From positions 20,398,001-20,462,000 of the forward strand of contig NC_092353.1 in assembly GCF_963676685.1 (NCBI RefSeq): DNA of 64,000 nt, in the 5' to 3' direction. The translations under genes and the position numbers were made by a program. Below, piece after piece: positions 58,750 through 64,000 of the stretch (the stretch's first letter is position 1; every line of letters begins with the position of its first letter). Below the pieces are notes generated by a model. The model worked only from the letters and a program-made list of their open reading frames with translations. It searched no databases and was not told the origin of the DNA. This DNA comes from Mytilus edulis. Lineage: Eukaryota.

Positions 58750-58820
58750 TTCGAGAGTCACTGATGAGTCTTTTGTAGACGAAACGCGCGAAAATCCTGG
58801 TATCTATGATGAGTTTATTT
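58750..58820 (+). ncRNA. Truncated hammerhead-ribozyme retrozyme copy (cleavage site deleted)
   Basis: CTGATGA-GTCTTTTGTAGAC-GAAAC-GCGCG (58761-58790). The GTC^TGGCG seen in the 37161 copy is missing. Confidence 0.75.
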
Positions 58821-61662
58821 ACTCTTTTCTTATTACGTAAGTTATAACATGTTAAACGTACGATTTTGACTTTTGCCTTTCAGTGTCACTTATAAAACGA
58901 TATTATCAACTACATTAGAAGAATGCCAGCTACATAAAAAAAATAGATCTATTGTTATGTAGTTGATCGTTTTGTAGTGGACGTATACATACTTTGTGGC
59001 ATTTATTAATACCACGGATATTTCGACATCACACACACTGTAAATGCAAAATATTGGTTATAATGATATAGATATGAACGTGTTTGATGTTCCATTGTAA
59101 TCTTTATAGAAAATCCCGTTTCCAAGTGGACCAGTAAAAAAATACATTTTACCGCTACCTACTTAAATGCCAAAAAATATTGATTCCATTACAGAGTTAT
59201 CTATTTATGCACTCATTATTATCATGATATGTAGAGTTATGGTTTAGTATAGGCACTTTCTAGATACAAAATGAGTTTCATGGGTTATATTATAACAAAC
59301 AAATATCAAATACACTTAAAACATTAAGATAAATCTGAAACCAAAACCAGCAACTTAAGGTGTTGTTATATCAATCTACATTATATTTTCTATCTAAACA
59401 GAATTTTTAAAGATTTATGTAATTGTAAAGATGTTTATATTGATACGATATTTGGTATTTTTGGGGTTGGGTCATGCAGTTTGACGTCATGTTAGGGCTT
59501 TGAGCATAATTTTCAAGAAATCAACGGACCTATTCCTTGTTTGTCTATTGCAAATAGTAGAACTTACGTGGCACTAAGCAGGACACCAAAATTCAAGTAA
59601 TGACACATCCGTATTTTCCTCACAGGTCAGTTGTACAAGAATGTTGACAGATTTTGTAAAAGAACTTAAACTAAACGAAATATTTAGTAAATAAGCAAAT
59701 TGCACAGGTTTGCGATGAAAAAAAAACCCAATGTTATCCTATATATTAGATGCAAATTATTCAGTCATCTCGTTTTTTTGGGGGGCAAAATATCTATCAG
59801 GTCAAAATATTTTTTATTCAGATCCTAAATCCCTCCTCCTTTAAAAGAAACCCAAAAGAAGCAAATAAAATCAGATTGTCGTTCACAAACCCCGATCGTA
59901 TGAAAAACACTCTGTTATCATCAACCGATCAATCTGTTATCTTGATCGATAATGTCACCGTAATCATGTGTTTATTTATTCAAAGTATATCCTTAAGGGG
60001 TTACAATGTAGTATTCTATTTAGTAATAGTATTTGAAATATGAATGATTAATAATCATAAGTATCATCAGTTTAAACTTTGAATGACGTCAGTTAGATAT
60101 TTAAATCTTAATATCTCATTTAGATCAATCAATACACGTCCTATGGCTTGTTAAGATTTCACAGATTGTTCATGTGATAGCCTAGAAATGTATAAATGAA
60201 TTATTATTTTTTAATGATATTTGTCAATGTGAATGGCTAACGAAACAAAAAGTCTACGTGCGTTAAGTGAGACATTTAGCAAGCTATAAAACAAGGTTTA
60301 ATCCCACATTTTCTACCTAAGAAAATGCCTGAACAAAGTTAGGAAGTTGTCCATTCGTTTGATGTGTTTGAGCTTTTGATTTTGCCATTTGATTAGGGAC
60401 TTTCCGCTTTGAATTTCCCTCGGATTTCAGTATTTTTATAATTTTACTTTTTTCTATACATACTAACCCAGTAATGTGTATCACAACTTTGTAATATCAG
60501 ATCAGGAATGCAGAACAATTTGTCTTTTCTAAATAGATTATTTAAAGTTGTCTGTATTATTTTCTTGGCATGTAACCTAAAGTTCTCTTATAAATGTAGT
60601 TAAGCTTATAACTTATAGATAAAGATAGAATTTAAGGCAAAATTATCTTTTTTTTAGTGAATGCTTCATCCCTGTGAGATTCTTTGATGCTCACAATTAC
60701 TGAATAGAAGAACCTTTATAATTTTACTCTTCACAATAATATTATCTTCGATTTGAAACCACCACACCTAGACAACGACCTTCAAGTACTGTTTGTCCCC
60801 TCTGTCAACACAAGTTGTGAGTTAGATTTGTAAATAGTCTTTGCATCTTTTGCAACACTTCAAGAAGGGGGTGATTTTTACCCAGCCACACATCTCTAAA
60901 CAATTATTTTAGTATGTTACCAACCCTGCCCTACCCAGACCCTGTGAACATAGTGGAAAACGGATTTCTTTTTGTTCATATCCGCAGCTATTGGTGTCTG
61001 AGATTAAGAAGATCTTTTCTGTTTATAACTTATACAATTCATATAAAAAAAGAATTGAGTTGCCTCTCTTGACATGTTAGTGTTTATATTTTGAAGATCA
61101 TTCATTTTTTAATATTTCACATGTAAATGTCTGTCCATTAAGCCCCAGTCACACTGTCACGTTTCGGCTATCCCGTTTTGCTACGTTTTCAAAACGTAGC
61201 GAAACGGCAAAATCCGTAGTGAATCGTATCGATCCGTAGTTAAAACGGCTATATACGTAGTTATGCGTAGATTGATACGTGATCGGTGCCGTTTGTATTG
61301 GTCTGCACAATACAAACGTGACTAAAAATGAAAACGTAGTACTAACGTAGAAAAGCGCAGTAAAACGTAGAAGGAACGTAGAAATGCGTATTAGAAACGT
61401 ACCTGATACGTTCTAAAACGTATTTGATTATAATCACTAGGTGTTATTACGTTTAAGTACGTATCTGCCACGTTGCATTAGGTTTTTGTACGGTATATTA
61501 CGCTTCATGGTACGCATTAATAGGTTTCATCACGTTATTCTAGGCATTATTACGTATCGATGCGTATTACTACGCATGATTACCTTCTTCTACGCATAAT
61601 CAAACCACGTGTATCTATATTTCTCGCCATTTGCTAAAATAGTTTGTCAGTCTTACAGCAAG

Positions 61663-62941
61663 ATGGACAGACAACGGATGGAAATGAAAAATTATGGATT
61701 ATTGATACACAATCATATTTTGAAATTGAGAATGTTGTTAAACAGACACAGACATAAACGAATAGATCACAGAGTGCGCACGGTATGGGTAAGGGATTGG
61801 ATAGGTAGAAGATCTCAGTTTGGTTTTTATGCACAGCTGTTGGATGAATTGAGATGTGAAGACACCGTTTCTTTCAAAAACTTTTTGAGAGTTGATCCAA
61901 CCATGTTTCAGGAAATTGTTAATAGATTAACACCAAGGCTACAAAAGAAAGACACGTGGTACCGAAAGGCATTGCCAGTTGGTCTTAAAGTAGCAATAAC
62001 CCTTCGATATCTAGCCACAGGAGACAGTTATCATTCACTTATGTATTTATTTAGAGTGCCGCACAACACGATATCCAATCGTGTAGTACAAGTTTGTGAA
62101 GCAATTATTTCCGAGTATGCTGAAGATGTTATCAACACACCTACGGAAGAAGCTGGATGGCTAGCCATTTCGCAAGAATTTAGTGATATGTGGCAGTTTC
62201 ATCATGTGCTAGGTGCACTAGATGAGAAACACGTTGCTATCAAATGTCCGGCTGGTGGTGGTTCTAAATACTATAATATAAAGGATTCCATTCTATAGTT
62301 CTAATGGGCTTAGTAGACGCTAATTATAAATTTAAATGGGTTAACTTTGGCGCACCAGGTGCTTGCTCTGATGCACAAATTTGGAATCAGTCAGACTTAA
62401 AAAATCATATAATTGATGAGAATATGCACATACCAAAAGCAGAGCCTCTTCCGAATGATGACAAAGACATTCCGTACTTCATCGTTGGTGACGACGCGTT
62501 CGCCCTCAGAAGTTGGCTAATGAAGCCCTTTTCTAGGAGGAACATGACCCTTGAAGAGAGAGTTTTTAACTACAGGCTATCGCGATCACGAAGAGTTGTT
62601 GAAAACGCATTTGGGATACTTGCAAATCGATTTCAATGCTTACTTTCAACTTTAAAGCAAGAGCCTAACAATGTCGTATCCATTATTCTGGCCTGTGTTT
62701 GTCTGCACAATATAATGAGGATAAGATATCCAGGTGATCAGAACATTTTGTTAGACAGAGAAGACGAGAACCACCATCTTTTACCTGGAGCTTGGCGAGA
62801 CGAAACAAACCTGAAGGACATTGATGATGTGAAAGATCGCAACTATCCTAGCAGGCAGCAAAACAACAAAGACTGTATCTTAAACACTATTATTCGTCAC
62901 CTGCAGGAAAAGTTCCATGGCAAGAACGAATGGTTCAATAA
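61663..62941 (+). pseudogene. Harbinger DDE transposase (HARBI1/DDE_Tnp_4-like), two frameshifts
   Basis: FKNFLRV, LRYLATGDSY, LGALDEKH, GACSDAQ, GDDAF, RRVVENAFG. A 1-nt loss at ~62277 breaks YYNYKGFHSIVLM. A second at ~62856 breaks AAKQQRLYLKHYY..GKVPWQ. Confidence 0.92.
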
Positions 62942-63688
62942 CGTTTTTTAACTGTCTTATCGTAGTATATTTGAATGATAAGTATATGATTTGTACTTTT
63001 GTTTATTTAACTTTGAATGTATCAAAAAATATTATCATGATACATGTAATTAAACTTTAAGAAATTCTTCTATTAATACCAGTTTTCTGGTCTTTTAAAA
63101 ACAATGGCACGCATGGGTCAGCATACTTAGGATAAATTGAAAATTTCATTATTATAACACTAAAACAACAAGACAAATCAAAATAAAAAAAAAACTTTGG
63201 GATCCCGCTAACATATTTAACCCCGCCGCATCATGTATGCATGTGCCTGTCCCAAGTCATAAGCCTGTAACTCAGTGGTTGTCGTTTGTTGCTGTGTTAC
63301 ATATTGTTTTTCGTTCATTTATTTGTACATTAATAAGGCCGTTAGTTTTTTTTTCGTTCGAATTGTTTTACATTTGTCATTTCGGGTCCTCTTATAGCTG
63401 ACTATGCGGTATGGACTTTGCTCAATGTTGAAGGCCATACGATGACCCATAGTTGTTAATTTCTGTGTCATTTGGTCTCTTGTGTAGAGTTGTCTCATTG
63501 GCAATTACACCACATCTTCTTTTTTTATATTAACCAACAAAATAATCACTCAAACAAAAAAACTTTTAATTTTACAGACAACTGTCATAATACATGAAAT
63601 AAACAAACTGTCTACATAATAGAGTCGTCTTTTAATGTCATTCATATAAAACTTTAAAACACCTGTACGGTTCCTGGTATGAATAAGT

Positions 63689-64000
63689 TTATAATGAGAA
63701 AAGTGACGATGAGGGTGAATCAACGTTCATTGAATCCGATTGCATTATTACACTGGCAATACTTGATGTTGTAATATCTTGTGCGCATGTAACAGGTGGA
63801 GCAGAATGTGCTCTTATAGGTTCAATGTCTGCTTGAGTTTTAGACCGGTTTTGCAGAAAGGCGACGTCCTGTCCAGGTAGCTGATATTGCTGCTGCCATG
63901 CAGGTAGGTACCCAACATTACTTGATTGATTACAGAAGCTGCCCATGGGAACATCCAATGCAGATTGTTGACCAGTGAATCCCTGCAACAACAAAAAACA
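63689..64000 (-). CDS. C-terminal low-complexity part of the Harbinger accessory (MADF/Myb-SANT-type) protein
   Basis: Q/S-rich ORF convergent with the transposase, as in many Harbingers. The DNA-binding domain would lie outside the window. Confidence 0.5.
   Translation of the reverse strand, partial: CFLLLQGFTGQQSALDVPMGSFCNQSSNVGYLPAWQQQYQLPGQDVAFLQNRSKTQADIEPIRAHSAPPVTCAQDITTSSIASVIMQSDSMNVDSPSSSLFSL

Larger units (their letters stand above)
61142..64000 (+). mobile_element. PIF/Harbinger DNA transposon (right end beyond the window)
   Basis: taa|GCCCCAGTCACACTG left end, ACGTA-rich subterminal region, DDE transposase and a convergent second ORF. Confidence 0.9.

Noticed and set aside
61609-62951. 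Domesticated host gene HARBI1
   Set aside because: It has a TIR-like end, subterminal repeats, a convergent ORF2 and frameshifts, so it is a transposon copy.

Overview
AT-rich animal genomic DNA. The repeat families and retrozyme-type hammerheads suggest a bivalve mollusc, probably Mytilus-like (inference). Main contents: (1) The 5' half of a PARP4/vault-PARP gene on the minus strand. I reconstructed 11 GT-AG coding exons by hand (20163 to 4606, 550 codons, all phases consistent; BRCT through the PARP catalytic domain). The gene continues past a 4.4-kb 53-bp minisatellite and off the left edge. (2) A complete, apparently young DIRS1-type tyrosine-recombinase retrotransposon (7358-12792) in a PARP4 intron, with identical 134-bp ITRs, an ICR, and gag, RT-RNaseH-methyltransferase and YR ORFs. 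(3) A 3-exon secreted PAN/Apple + EGF-like + giant Thr-rich mucin gene (39018 to ~28514, minus) with 369-bp repeats and homopolymer frameshifts. (4) Many transposon relics: two LINEs, a frameshifted Harbinger, a MULE/FLYWCH deletion derivative, a Sola-like fragment, MITEs, Helentron/HINE-like elements and two hammerhead-ribozyme retrozyme copies. Most interesting observation: in the DIRS element, gag and the recombinase are in the same reading frame and separated by one leaky-context TGA-C stop. About 630 stop-free codons run through the RT gene between them, and the RT frame is +1 at that same stop. This suggests one recoding site could yield Gag, Gag-RT and Gag-YR. A 500-bp non-coding element nearby reproduces the DIRS internal-complementary-region topology.
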